A stretch of DNA of 39,633 nt from a virus (IMGVR_UViG_3300020045_007141:1-39633); one strand, 5' to 3'; numbered from the stretch's first letter, positions 1-8,477 are shown. The notes: generated by a model from the letters alone, not told the origin. A program made the numbers and translations.

Positions 1-2
1 AG

Positions 3-215
3 AAGGTCGCCGTGGGTGCATCATCGGAAGCGGCCCTTGAATTCAACGAGAAAACGAGGCTGATCGAGCTACACACCGATACAGCTTGCCATTTCAGGGT
101 TAGCGCCAACGCCAACCCTGCCACGGCGGCGGATATGCGCCTCCCGGCGGATACAATCATCTATCGGACTGTGCCCAATCACACCCGACTCACCGTTACA
201 GTAATCGCGGATTAA
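3..215 (+). CDS. Phage hypothetical protein, probably virion-associated (5' partial)
   Basis: Frame is open from the window edge (KVAVGASSEAA...). TRLIELHTDTACHF...NPATAADMRLPAD resembles small beta-rich proteins near phage head genes. Confidence 0.6.
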   Translation, partial: KVAVGASSEAALEFNEKTRLIELHTDTACHFRVSANANPATAADMRLPADTIIYRTVPNHTRLTVTVIAD

Positions 216-219
216 TGCC

Positions 220-732
220 ATGTTGACACCTATCGCAGCGGGAACCAAGCAAAGCGCAGAGGTAAAAACCCTCTTAGAAACCATTTTGAGCGCCGAAAAG
301 GCGTTGAATTGGTTGACGGAGATAGAAAAGGCGGAAGCGGCCATGATTGCCGAGCGCAATCAGTTGACCAAGGCCAAAGACCTCGATAAAGCCCTGGAAA
401 AGGCCCGCCAGACACAAGAAAAGGCTGACAGAACCCTTTCTGATGCCTTGGACCACGCTGCCAGGGTCAAGAATGACGCTAATACCGAGACAGCAAGGCT
501 GATGGGGCAGGCCAAGGCCGAAGCACACGCCTTGATGGACGAGGCCGAAGCCCTCAAAGCCAAGGCCGTGAGCGATTACGAGTCTGTAGCCGTCATCAAG
601 GACCAGGCCGAGCAGGAATTGCGCAGGGCCGAGACTGAGCGCAGTGAGGTACGGGCGCAGAAGGCTGAATGCACGTCATTACAGGCTGAACTGAGCGAGA
701 AACTGGCTAAACTGAAGGCGATCACAGGCTGA
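220..732 (+). CDS. Coiled-coil hypothetical protein (170 aa)
   Basis: A/E/K-rich helical ORF starting 4 nt after the previous stop. Confidence 0.75.
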   Translation: MLTPIAAGTKQSAEVKTLLETILSAEKALNWLTEIEKAEAAMIAERNQLTKAKDLDKALEKARQTQEKADRTLSDALDHAARVKNDANTETARLMGQAKAEAHALMDEAEALKAKAVSDYESVAVIKDQAEQELRRAETERSEVRAQKAECTSLQAELSEKLAKLKAITG

Positions 733-780
733 AACATATACTTGTTATCACCTTCAAAGCGCCGTGGAGCCATGTAAGCA

Positions 781-840
781 TGAATAAATATATATTAAGA
801 GGCCATAGGGGGGGGAGGGGCTTACCTATACCCGTACCCC
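781..840. other. AT-rich stretch plus G-run; possible genome-end/packaging region or junction
   Basis: AATAAATATATATTAA, then GGGGGGGGAGGGG (808-820), then CCCGTACCCC. Intergenic; function is inference. Confidence 0.35.
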
Positions 841-847
841 GGATATC

Positions 848-1024
848 GTGGTAAAACGGTTCGGATGCACCCCGGAACAGGCGAGAAAACAGTACTTAAA
901 ATGCGCCGATCAACTGGATAAAATGGCTCTTGAGGCTGAACGTACCGGCTGCAAACAACGCGGCTTCACCGCTGAAGACCTGCGCAAAAGCGCCGCCGAT
1001 CAACGACGTAGGGCGACGCTATGA
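848..1024 (+). CDS. Hypothetical protein (58 aa, not in ORF track)
   Basis: Manual translation VVKRFGCTPEQARKQYLKCADQLDKMALEAERTGCKQRGFTAEDLRKS... Stop overlaps the ATG at 1021 (ATGA). No clear RBS, so it may be 5'-truncated. Confidence 0.55.
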   Translation: MVKRFGCTPEQARKQYLKCADQLDKMALEAERTGCKQRGFTAEDLRKSAADQRRRATL

Positions 1025-1224
1025 TCACCACCGCCTACAATGCCACGACCGGGCTGACCGGGATAGTTGCCCTGTCAGTCCCGGCGCCCTGCCAATCCCT
1101 GCCCCCGTATCAGGTATCGATACGGGACGGGGAACGGGTAATCAGTACCGAGTACCGCGATACCTACGATCAGGCCATCGAGGCCATGATCGAGGCCATA
1201 AAACCAAATAACAGGAGAATATAA
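1021..1224 (+). CDS. Hypothetical protein (67 aa)
   Basis: ORF track; coupled to neighbours. Confidence 0.55.
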   Translation: MITTAYNATTGLTGIVALSVPAPCQSLPPYQVSIRDGERVISTEYRDTYDQAIEAMIEAIKPNNRRI

Positions 1225-1226
1225 CC

Positions 1227-1340
1227 ATGAAACAGGACTACAAACCCCGCGAAAACGACACCCTCTTTGCCGATATCGCCTCTGTCCTCGGCTGGGCTGC
1301 GTTATTGGCGTACCTAGCTATATCAATAATCGGAGGATGA
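1227..1340 (+). CDS. Small membrane peptide (37 aa)
   Basis: AGGAG RBS; MKQDYKPRENDTLFADIASVLGWAALLAYLAISIIGG. Confidence 0.6.
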   Translation: MKQDYKPRENDTLFADIASVLGWAALLAYLAISIIGG

Positions 1341-1344
1341 AACC

Positions 1345-1431
1345 ATGACCCGCGCACCCGAACGGCTGAACCTGGCCGCCCTGCTACTCATCGCCGCCGT
1401 GTTATTGGCGACGTGGACAATTCTATTCTGA
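1345..1431 (+). CDS. Small membrane peptide (28 aa)
   Basis: GGAGG RBS; MTRAPERLNLAALLLIAAVLLATWTILF. Confidence 0.55.
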   Translation: MTRAPERLNLAALLLIAAVLLATWTILF

Positions 1432-1445
1432 TACAGGAGGACACC

Positions 1446-1622
1446 ATGCAAACCAAAAAACAAGCTGATGCGACACTGAAAAAGGCGATTGATGCCTATA
1501 ACCAGGCTTGTTCAGTCTATCATCAGGCTTGGTTTGATTACGACCAAGCCAAGGCGGACCATGAAAAAGCCATGAAAAGGCTGAAACCGCGAAAACGTGT
1601 CAAGCGATTTCTTCAGGGGTAA
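1446..1622 (+). CDS. Helical hypothetical protein (58 aa)
   Basis: AGGAGG RBS before ATG 1446; Y-x-Q-A heptads and a basic tail. Confidence 0.65.
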   Translation: MQTKKQADATLKKAIDAYNQACSVYHQAWFDYDQAKADHEKAMKRLKPRKRVKRFLQG

Positions 1623-1683
1623 TTTACCACTGCAAGCCATACCCCGTGATAGCGACCACTAACCTGCAAAAACTCGTGATATG

Positions 1684-1715
1684 CTCTTTCTTTCTTTTTT
1701 TTCCTTTTTTCTTTT
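1684..1715. repeat. 32-nt pure pyrimidine tract between convergent gene blocks
   Basis: CTCTTTCTTTCTTTTTTTTCCTTTTTTCTTTT read directly. Confidence 0.8.
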
Positions 1716-1743
1716 AGGGAATACTCCTTGAGACGATAACAGG

Positions 1744-1896
1744 CTAGGCAGCCAGCCTGAACCCCAAGACCAAACCGGGCGCAAGTTCATCGATAAGGGC
1801 TTGCGCCTCTTCCTCATTCTCTGCCTCGACCGGCAGCAAGCGGACCACTTCGCAGGAGTCCAGATAAGCAAGTTCATATCGCATGATTTTCACCAT
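1744..1896 (-). CDS. Hypothetical protein (50 aa, not in ORF track)
   Basis: MVKIMRYELAYLDSCEVVRLLPVEAENEEEAQALIDELAPGLVLGFRLAA; TTGATT-17-CATACT promoter-like sequence immediately upstream. Confidence 0.5.
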   Translation of the reverse strand: MVKIMRYELAYLDSCEVVRLLPVEAENEEEAQALIDELAPGLVLGFRLAA

Positions 1897-1928
1897 GCGG
1901 AACAGTATGGCTTACAACTGGTTAAAAA

Positions 1929-2105
1929 TCAACCAGCACGCATTAACCGGCCTACGTTGACGAGAAAGCCCCGGAATTGAGGGCTGACAGCAGGCGGAGC
2001 GCCACCGGTAACCGCGTGTAATTGCCCCAGAATGACGTATTGCCCTACCCCCTGGAACGTAGTGTGCCGTTGCGGTAATTGCCGCCCTAAATCAAACTGA
2101 ATCAT
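1929..2105 (-). CDS. Hypothetical protein (58 aa, not in ORF track)
   Basis: ATGA overlap with the 382-aa gene stop; MIQFDLGRQLPQRH...FLVNVGRLMRAG. Confidence 0.6.
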   Translation of the reverse strand: MIQFDLGRQLPQRHTTFQGVGQYVILGQLHAVTGGAPPAVSPQFRGFLVNVGRLMRAG

Positions 2106-3250
2106 CCGCCGGTCCTGATGGTAAGGTAAGTCGCCGCCGCACCCGTCGCCGTGAACCTGAATGTAATTATGGTCCCGTTCATATCGGCTTGGCTGGCATC
2201 CAGTTGATAGATGCCGTTAGCGACCTCAGCAATCGTACCTGTAACAGCCCCGAATGCTGCGCCGTCGATAGAGCGTGTCCCTGATACGGTCAGCCCAGTT
2301 TCCGGGGTAGCGAAATCAGTTGCGTCTACCATCAGGAATTCGATGTTTGACAGGGCTACATTCTTGGCGGGTAGAATGGCATCCCGGATCTGGGAAACCG
2401 GGTGGATGTGGGTCGATTGTATGGCAAAGCCAACCCCGTTAGCAGGGGCCGAAGGCAGGGCTTCATCAATAGTAAACGTCCGCGATGCCCCGACATAATC
2501 AGCTACAGGCCGCGCTATCCCTGCCAATGCCCCGTCGGTGAATATCAGAATCATATCATTATAGAAATTATCCACCGCTGACAACCCAGAATCACCGATA
2601 AATTGCGTGGTCGTGGCCCCGGCGTCGTTCACGGTCCCGTCTATACTAATGGCCGAAGAAACTAACCTCAACCGTTTCCCGGCGGAATTATTGATGTTGT
2701 GCCCGCCAACTATCAACTCATCCCAGACTAGATCCACTACATCGTCGGCATCACTGCCTGTAGTGCCGCCGGTAGTATTAAGAGTCACCCCACGGGCTAA
2801 CTCGGTAATTAATTCAAGGTTATCCGCCGCCGTAGCATCGTTGCTTATTGATTTTGCGTCTACTTCCGGGAGCGCGGTAGTCGCGGAGGTCGTGACAGCG
2901 GTCGCCGCCCACTTGGTCACATTCAGCCTGCCAATAGAAAAACGCCCGACTACCTCCCCCGCTACTGAGGTGCCGCCAACCGTGCCGGTCTTGACGATTA
3001 TGTGGTAATCCTTGCCGACTTCGAATCCATTGCCTGTCGTAGCGGTTATAGTCGCTAGATTAAACCCGTTGATACTGTTTAGGTTCTGGGTAAGAACCAG
3101 CTTGGAGGCACCTTCGACTATTGGTGATGTTGAGTCATTCTCGTATATTTCGAGAGTCGGTGACCCAGCTAAAGCCGTGGGCACACCAGTTGCAAAAGCC
3201 CTGGTTGTAAACGCCCAATAGATGACTTCACCTAGTGCGTAGTCGTTCAT
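2102..3250 (-). CDS. Putative virion accessory/fibre protein (382 aa)
   Basis: T/G/A-rich beta-strand composition typical of structural proteins. Confidence 0.55.
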   Translation of the reverse strand: MNDYALGEVIYWAFTTRAFATGVPTALAGSPTLEIYENDSTSPIVEGASKLVLTQNLNSINGFNLATITATTGNGFEVGKDYHIIVKTGTVGGTSVAGEVVGRFSIGRLNVTKWAATAVTTSATTALPEVDAKSISNDATAADNLELITELARGVTLNTTGGTTGSDADDVVDLVWDELIVGGHNINNSAGKRLRLVSSAISIDGTVNDAGATTTQFIGDSGLSAVDNFYNDMILIFTDGALAGIARPVADYVGASRTFTIDEALPSAPANGVGFAIQSTHIHPVSQIRDAILPAKNVALSNIEFLMVDATDFATPETGLTVSGTRSIDGAAFGAVTGTIAEVANGIYQLDASQADMNGTIITFRFTATGAAATYLTIRTGG

Positions 3251-4455
3251 CCAGCCAAGCCCCCGCTACCTACCATTTTCGGGCCGCCACTAGCTGGCAG
3301 CTGCACATTTAGCCTAAGCCATGTGGTCGTTAATAATTGCATGTAAGCAACCACCAAGTTACCGATGCCGCTGAATCGCGGTGTCATGCAGAGCCACAGA
3401 ATAGATATAGCTGCCCCTGTTTGGGTTGTTAATTTAGTTTCCGTACCCCAAGTCGCCATACCATCTGTTGATATTTTGTAATACAAATTGATAGCTGTTG
3501 GGAACGTCTCCGATCCGTTAGAGAGCCCGCCATACACTGCATATACATCGCCAGTATCTATGTCGATACCTAGAGCAGCAAATCCTTGATCATCCGTGCT
3601 ATTGGTGATTACGTCGGTACAGGCTGTGATCGCTGATTCTGTAATAGTCCAGGCCAACAGATCAGCATTGAGAGTATCGACATTATTCCACGCAATTAAC
3701 AAAATCTGTGAGTTAGCTAAATCCACTGTTGCAGCAAAATGCGGGAATGATGTCGTGGCAACTGTATCCGTGAGAGAAACTATGCTAGTCTCAGCCCACG
3801 TATCCGCAGAGTCGTCATAAACATAGCGACTCAACTCGTTAGCAGAGGCATCAATGAACATGCACATAACATCATTCGCATCCGCCGCAAAACCTGGAAC
3901 CAGAATTGCCTGATCGGTAGTTGCTAACGTCTCTGGACTGGTCCGTGCTGCGTCCCACGCGCCATTTGGGACATTAGCATTCTGCATACGGTAGAACCCA
4001 CCCTCAACCCCAGCGTCTATGCAACTATATAACAGCAAATTACCCCCACGCGCTCGGGTGATCGATAACCACCCACCGTTAGCCGCAGAGGTTAAAGCTG
4101 CGACCGTTTTTGTGGCACTGAGCGTATCAGAATTTTCTGTGTCGATACTACGATATTCAATATCTCCATTGTCAAAATTGACAACCGCGACATGGATTAA
4201 ACCCGCAGCTATACCACTCCAGCGGTCATACGTGACGGACAGTGCATAAATGGTATTATTAAATAATAAGATTGGACTGGACCACGTTACCGAATCATTT
4301 GTCGATTTTATGTAATATACTTTGAACCCTACTGGATCGATAAGGAACGCATATTTTATGCTTGGATCTGCAACTGTTGCTACAACATGTTGCACTCCGG
4401 CAGTTTTATAATGCTGTGCATTAGCCACCGAATAATATAGCTCTGCCCGTGCCAC
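3247..4455 (-). CDS. Putative virion accessory protein, beta-propeller/Asp-box-like (402 aa)
   Basis: Asp-box-like motifs KSTNDSVTW and ISTDGMATW. Confidence 0.55.
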   Translation of the reverse strand: MARAELYYSVANAQHYKTAGVQHVVATVADPSIKYAFLIDPVGFKVYYIKSTNDSVTWSSPILLFNNTIYALSVTYDRWSGIAAGLIHVAVVNFDNGDIEYRSIDTENSDTLSATKTVAALTSAANGGWLSITRARGGNLLLYSCIDAGVEGGFYRMQNANVPNGAWDAARTSPETLATTDQAILVPGFAADANDVMCMFIDASANELSRYVYDDSADTWAETSIVSLTDTVATTSFPHFAATVDLANSQILLIAWNNVDTLNADLLAWTITESAITACTDVITNSTDDQGFAALGIDIDTGDVYAVYGGLSNGSETFPTAINLYYKISTDGMATWGTETKLTTQTGAAISILWLCMTPRFSGIGNLVVAYMQLLTTTWLRLNVQLPASGGPKMVGSGGLAG

Positions 4456-4938
4456 TTAAAGCGTCCCCATCACGTACACGCCCATGAGGAAGAGGGCGCG
4501 TTCCAGCCACTTTTGCAGGGCATTGGCGGTGCGTTCTTTGTCGAGGGCGCGTTCCAGGTTTTCAGCGCGTTCGGACTCCTTTTGGCGGGCCATGTCCTCG
4601 TGACTCAAGGCCAGTAGCAGGGAATTATACGCCCGGACGCGGGATTGATTCTCCAACTCGACGGCCTGCTTGACCCGTGCCAATGCCTGTTTGTCGGCCT
4701 CCGAGGCCCGAAAGTCATCCTCTGTCATGGTGCAAATCAGACCATTGCAATCAAGGGAATCCATGGCCCGCATCTCGACCGGAATAGGCTCAGGAATAGC
4801 AACCTTCATTGTTGCGTATTCGGAAACAATCTCACGGTACGTCACGGGCTGCGCACAGGAGATCAGACCCGCGCAGACCGCGAGGGAGGATAGCGACAGG
4901 AGGATGCGGGGGAACCCTGCGCGGATCTGAATTGTCAT
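4456..4938 (-). CDS. Lipoprotein, putative o-spanin
   Basis: Signal peptide ending GLISC, coiled coil, ATGA overlap with the i-spanin candidate, last gene of the lysis cluster. Confidence 0.6.
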   Translation of the reverse strand: MTIQIRAGFPRILLSLSSLAVCAGLISCAQPVTYREIVSEYATMKVAIPEPIPVEMRAMDSLDCNGLICTMTEDDFRASEADKQALARVKQAVELENQSRVRAYNSLLLALSHEDMARQKESERAENLERALDKERTANALQKWLERALFLMGVYVMGTL

Positions 4939-5234
4939 GCCTTCCAACCTCTTTTCGCCCGCTTGACCACTTCGGTTACGGGCTTTTCTTCGCGGACAGT
5001 CGCGGCTTGTTCTGCATCCACGTGGAGAGACTCGGCGGCTTTGACCTCTGACTTGGCTTGCTCAAGTGCAAGGTCTGCCATTTCTTCATGTTCTGCGGCG
5101 GCTGCGCCTGCGCTGGTTGCGGATTGTTCATGGGTGCTACTAGACCTCCGGAGAAAGAAGATCGCCGCCAGAATCGAAGCCAGTGCGGTCAGGATGGCTA
5201 CGGAATAGCGTTTCAGGGTGTCGAGGATTGGCAT
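4935..5234 (-). CDS. Putative i-spanin
   Basis: N-terminal TM (VAILTALASILAAIFFL) followed by an A/E-rich helix, downstream of the endolysin. Confidence 0.6.
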   Translation of the reverse strand: MPILDTLKRYSVAILTALASILAAIFFLRRSSSTHEQSATSAGAAAAEHEEMADLALEQAKSEVKAAESLHVDAEQAATVREEKPVTEVVKRAKRGWKA

Positions 5235-5237
5235 TAA

Positions 5238-5318
5238 TCATATCCTGCCTGCGTCGTGGGCGGCCCATAGGGCGACGCCTATAAAAGTGATTACCACAAT
5301 GGTCAGTATCCAGATCAC
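5238..5318 (-). CDS. Single-TM micropeptide in lysis cassette (26 aa)
   Basis: GTGA overlap with the upstream stop; (M)IWILTIVVITFIGVALWAAHDAGRI fills the gap exactly. Confidence 0.5.
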   Translation of the reverse strand: MIWILTIVVITFIGVALWAAHDAGRI

Positions 5319-5902
5319 TTCGGCTCGGTCTTGTCTTCGGTATCCGGCCCGCGGGATTCAGACCGCAAATCACCACGTTTACCCACGACAGCCGCTACGG
5401 TACGGGCGGCGAATGTCGTCCGGTCATCGACATACACCCCGTCCGTCAGGACGGCGGCCACACGTTCCGGGGCGAACTTGAATATCGCCTTGACGATGAC
5501 AGTATGAAGGGAGGCGATCACCCCCGCGACTATAGCCGTCTTAACCCCGCCCACATCTTGGGACAGGAACAGGTAGGACAGGCCGAATACGGAAACCGTC
5601 GAGACTCCATCCATAACCCACCGATTCAGGGGGCGGCCTACCGATTTAGCGGCCTTTTTGGCATACTGGACGGCCCGAAAGACGATGAAAGGGGAGACGA
5701 ATACCCCGGCGAGACTCCATCCGTACAGGTCAAGGATTGACTGAACTTTGGCTAAAATTTGTTCAGTCAGTGAGACGTCGGTAACGGTCTGTTGGATATC
5801 CCCGGCCTGTGCCGAAAATGAGACAAGTGCGGCAATGGCGATAACGCACAATAGGGCGACCAGCAGGCCGACTATCCAAGCGGTATTCACGGATCCTCTC
5901 AT
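5315..5902 (-). CDS. Multi-pass membrane protein, holin candidate
   Basis: About four hydrophobic segments and a charged C-tail; directly after the endolysin. Confidence 0.55.
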   Translation of the reverse strand: MRGSVNTAWIVGLLVALLCVIAIAALVSFSAQAGDIQQTVTDVSLTEQILAKVQSILDLYGWSLAGVFVSPFIVFRAVQYAKKAAKSVGRPLNRWVMDGVSTVSVFGLSYLFLSQDVGGVKTAIVAGVIASLHTVIVKAIFKFAPERVAAVLTDGVYVDDRTTFAARTVAAVVGKRGDLRSESRGPDTEDKTEPK

Positions 5903-6471
5903 GTCATTTTCTCAAAGTTGATCCGGCTGAACCAACCCCGTGCGTTATCCTCTTGGGTCTCGTCATTCAGCATGATTTCCACGTAATGTTCCCCTTGGAG
6001 GACATTCAGCACTTTGAACAATAGGGTATCTTCGGTCAGGGTATTGACAGCGGCCAGAGTTGCCGGTCCCATCCCTCCATCTATCTCCAAGTCAGGGTAT
6101 AGTTTCCCCCGGCGATTCAGGACATTCAATGCCCGTTGGAGGAACTTCATCGCCGACCCTAAGCCCGTGTTGACGGCGGTATCCAGCATTTCTTCGGCAA
6201 TCGTTTGAGAGCGGATCTCGTCCCCTCTAAACTTGTCCCAATACTCGGCCTTGTAGAAGTCTTTTACCATACCTTGCAAGGTGGGATTGTCGCTCACCCC
6301 TTTCTTGTCCGGCAGTGGATACTGGTCAAGGATCGCCCAACCCGGCCAATGCGGATGATATTTGCGTGAGATACCCTTATACGTTTCACCGCCACGATCC
6401 GCCGCCCGATTGGAGTAACCGCCTTCGGCCCCCATTACGGCAGTATACGCGGGCAGAAAGGTAGCCATCAT
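5899..6471 (-). CDS. Endolysin, glycoside hydrolase family 108 with C-terminal peptidoglycan-binding domain
   Basis: EGGYSN..DRGGETYKGI motif; FLQRALN and IDGGMGPATLAA; GWFSRI C-terminus. Confidence 0.93.
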   Translation of the reverse strand: MMATFLPAYTAVMGAEGGYSNRAADRGGETYKGISRKYHPHWPGWAILDQYPLPDKKGVSDNPTLQGMVKDFYKAEYWDKFRGDEIRSQTIAEEMLDTAVNTGLGSAMKFLQRALNVLNRRGKLYPDLEIDGGMGPATLAAVNTLTEDTLLFKVLNVLQGEHYVEIMLNDETQEDNARGWFSRINFEKMT

Positions 6472-6830
6472 GGTTTGCGATTATGGATTGCCGCCAGAAT
6501 GTCGGCGAACCCGTCGTTCATTTTGGAAAAAAGCCTGCCTATATTCTCCGCCGTCGCCTTAATCATCGAATCATCCCGCCACGTCTGGCGGCCATTAAAA
6601 TCCGGCTTATGCCATTCATGCAGATCCGATATCTTCTGTTTATTTTCCGCCAGCGTTTCGGCTACAATCCCTAATTGTTTATTCGTCGCCTCGGACAAAG
6701 CGGAGGCCCGGTCAAAATGCGCCGAGATGGATTTGTTCACATCCCCCTTGAACAAGGGAATGATGATATCTCTCACTAAGAGCAGAATAATAAGCAGGGC
6801 AAGCCCAATCTCTGTGGCAGGCGTTGTCAC
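6468..6830 (-). CDS. Single-TM protein, holin/antiholin-like (120 aa)
   Basis: Start revised to GTG 6830 after AAGGA; TM GLALLIILLLV followed by a helical domain. Confidence 0.6.
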   Translation of the reverse strand: MTTPATEIGLALLIILLLVRDIIIPLFKGDVNKSISAHFDRASALSEATNKQLGIVAETLAENKQKISDLHEWHKPDFNGRQTWRDDSMIKATAENIGRLFSKMNDGFADILAAIHNRKP

Positions 6831-6851
6831 ATATGGTTCCTTGGGGTCATT

Positions 6852-6880
6852 AAAAGCCCCCGGCGGGGATCCGCCGGGGG
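6852..6880 (-). terminator. Intrinsic terminator upstream of the lysis genes
   Basis: Perfect 10-bp GC stem CCCCCGGCGG/CCGCCGGGGG, 4-nt loop, followed by CTTTTA on the minus strand. Confidence 0.75.
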
Positions 6881-6990
6881 AAGCAAGGCCAAAGATGGGG
6901 GACCTTTGGCCGTTATGCGCCGTGTGGCGCGAATTTTGCAGAGTAAAACATCCAAGGTTTCGGGGGGAAACCGAAACAGATCCAAACCTA

Positions 6991-7018
6991 AGTTTAGCAA
7001 AAAATAAGGGGATTGCAA
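6991..7018 (-). promoter_or_regulatory. Putative sigma70 late promoter
   Basis: TTGCAA-16-TAAACT with extended -10 TGn, just after the NusG-paralog stop. Confidence 0.55.
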
Positions 7019-7020
7019 GG

Positions 7021-7548
7021 TCATGCCGCTGCTGGCTCAAGTCTGTTCAGGTATACGGTCATCGCGTTCATGCTGCCAAGTAAGTTAACCAATACTTCGG
7101 CCCGCTTCCTGCCCGACAGGGAAAGGATATTCGCTGGTAGTTCATAATGCCTTATCGGGCCGCCTGGGTAGTCCCTGATTTCAATTTTGGCGATTACCTT
7201 GTCGCCGGGTTTGTAGAAATTCGGCTTTGCCATAGCCTCCATCCGCCGTACCGTTTCCATTACCGCAGGACCACATACCGCTAGTTGCCCACCGAACGCA
7301 ACCAGCCCGGAGCCTGATTCGCCACGTTTGACGCCCTTCAAATAACGGATTGAATGAAAGTCGTCTCGGCCCACTTCCAGATTGACAAAGACATAACCAG
7401 GAAACATACTAATTTGCTCATCCTTGCGCCGGTGGGCTAAATTGTCGTGATAACATTTCGGGTTATAGACAGGATACCCTGCCTCCAGTAAAGCCTGTTC
7501 CGCGATGATTTCCCTGCCTGTATGGGTAGTGCAGACGTAAAAAGTCAT
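7021..7548 (-). CDS. NusG/RfaH-family transcription antiterminator (phage paralog)
   Basis: FYVCTTHTGRE, MFPGYVFV, IRYLKGV...LVAFGG (NGN domain); KOW-like YKPGDKV...RAEVLVNLLG. Confidence 0.9.
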   Translation of the reverse strand: MTFYVCTTHTGREIIAEQALLEAGYPVYNPKCYHDNLAHRRKDEQISMFPGYVFVNLEVGRDDFHSIRYLKGVKRGESGSGLVAFGGQLAVCGPAVMETVRRMEAMAKPNFYKPGDKVIAKIEIRDYPGGPIRHYELPANILSLSGRKRAEVLVNLLGSMNAMTVYLNRLEPAAA

Positions 7549-7730
7549 TCCTTCCCCTCCAACTGTTCAACCAGCCTCAAACCCTGCGGCGATGAAAAGA
7601 ACTTGCCAATATCCTGCATCTGTACAGCCGCCGCTTGCGATACATCGTAGGGATTGCCGGTCGCTACCATCCGCGCCACGATAGCAGCCCCGTACTCGGC
7701 GATGGCAAGGGAGATGCGAGGGTCAGTCAT
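7545..7730 (-). CDS. Hypothetical protein
   Basis: ORF overlapping both neighbours in operon fashion. Confidence 0.6.
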   Translation of the reverse strand: MTDPRISLAIAEYGAAIVARMVATGNPYDVSQAAAVQMQDIGKFFSSPQGLRLVEQLEGKE

Positions 7731-8022
7731 GCGTCAACCTCCACCCCGCCGCCTCGGCCTTGATTTGCGTTCGCAGAACGAAAGTCGCCTGGTCGCCAAA
7801 GTGCAATTCCCACTCCCCGACATCGTGATGCAGCAGGTTATGACACCGCCGGCAGAGGGGTAGGGTATGCGAGTCGCTTTCCTTCGTTCCCATGCCACCG
7901 CCAAGCCCCGCGTCAATGATGTGATGTGCCTCATCACTCAGCCCGCCGCAGCCGCAACAGGGAAGCGATGCTACGAAGTCGCGGTAAGCTTTGCAACGCA
8001 TAGGGTTAGGCTTGAAGAACAT
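7723..8022 (-). CDS. DUF968-like His-Cys (HNH-related) protein
   Basis: LPCCGCG..DEAHH..GGGMGTKESD..LPLCRRCH. Confidence 0.8.
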   Translation of the reverse strand: MFFKPNPMRCKAYRDFVASLPCCGCGGLSDEAHHIIDAGLGGGMGTKESDSHTLPLCRRCHNLLHHDVGEWELHFGDQATFVLRTQIKAEAAGWRLTHD

Positions 8023-8299
8023 ACTTTATCGCCTCATCGACCGAATAAATAATAGCAACTTCCCCGCGCCAACCGAAGTGAAACAGCTTTTCATCCGTGG
8101 TCAATTTCTTCCGGCTCGGCGGAAGTTCACCATCCTTAACCTCCATCAGACAGGTATGGCGAACCCCGCACTTGTCGGTGTACCCAACTGCCAAATCCGG
8201 GAACCCATGCCCGACCTTATGCGTCGGGAATACCGAACAGCCGATTTTACGCAGGGCGACGATGATTTCTTTTTGATTGCGATCAGCGCGGCGCGGCAT
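8006..8299 (-). CDS. PD-(D/E)xK nuclease, VRR-NUC/Holliday junction resolvase-like
   Basis: DRNQKEII.ALR, GFPDL, LMEVKDG motifs. Confidence 0.8.
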   Translation of the reverse strand: MPRRADRNQKEIIVALRKIGCSVFPTHKVGHGFPDLAVGYTDKCGVRHTCLMEVKDGELPPSRKKLTTDEKLFHFGWRGEVAIIYSVDEAIKYVLQA

Positions 8300-8477
8300 A
8301 CAATTTCTTCAACTTCTGGTAAATGCCACGCGTACATTGCGGCGATAGGTAATGCGTTATCCCTGGCCTTCTCGCCTGCTTTTTTCGTATCCCTATGTAA
8401 CTCACCTTTGGCAAGCCAACGGACTGTTGTTGCGCCAGTTTTCGGAGTGCCCTTGCTTTCTTGTCGTTCATCTTCAT
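8283..8477 (-). CDS. Basic hypothetical protein
   Basis: ORF track; operon packing. Confidence 0.55.
   Translation of the reverse strand: MKMNDKKARALRKLAQQQSVGLPKVSYIGIRKKQARRPGITHYLSPQCTRGIYQKLKKLYAAPR

Noticed and set aside
6856-6990. RfaH ops site
   Set aside because: No GGCGGTAG; only GGCGGATC inside the terminator stem.
6831-7040. 70-aa N-terminal extension of ORF 6468-7040, and the antisense ORF 6475-7083
   Set aside because: The region holds a promoter, hairpins and a terminator; an RBS supports GTG 6830.
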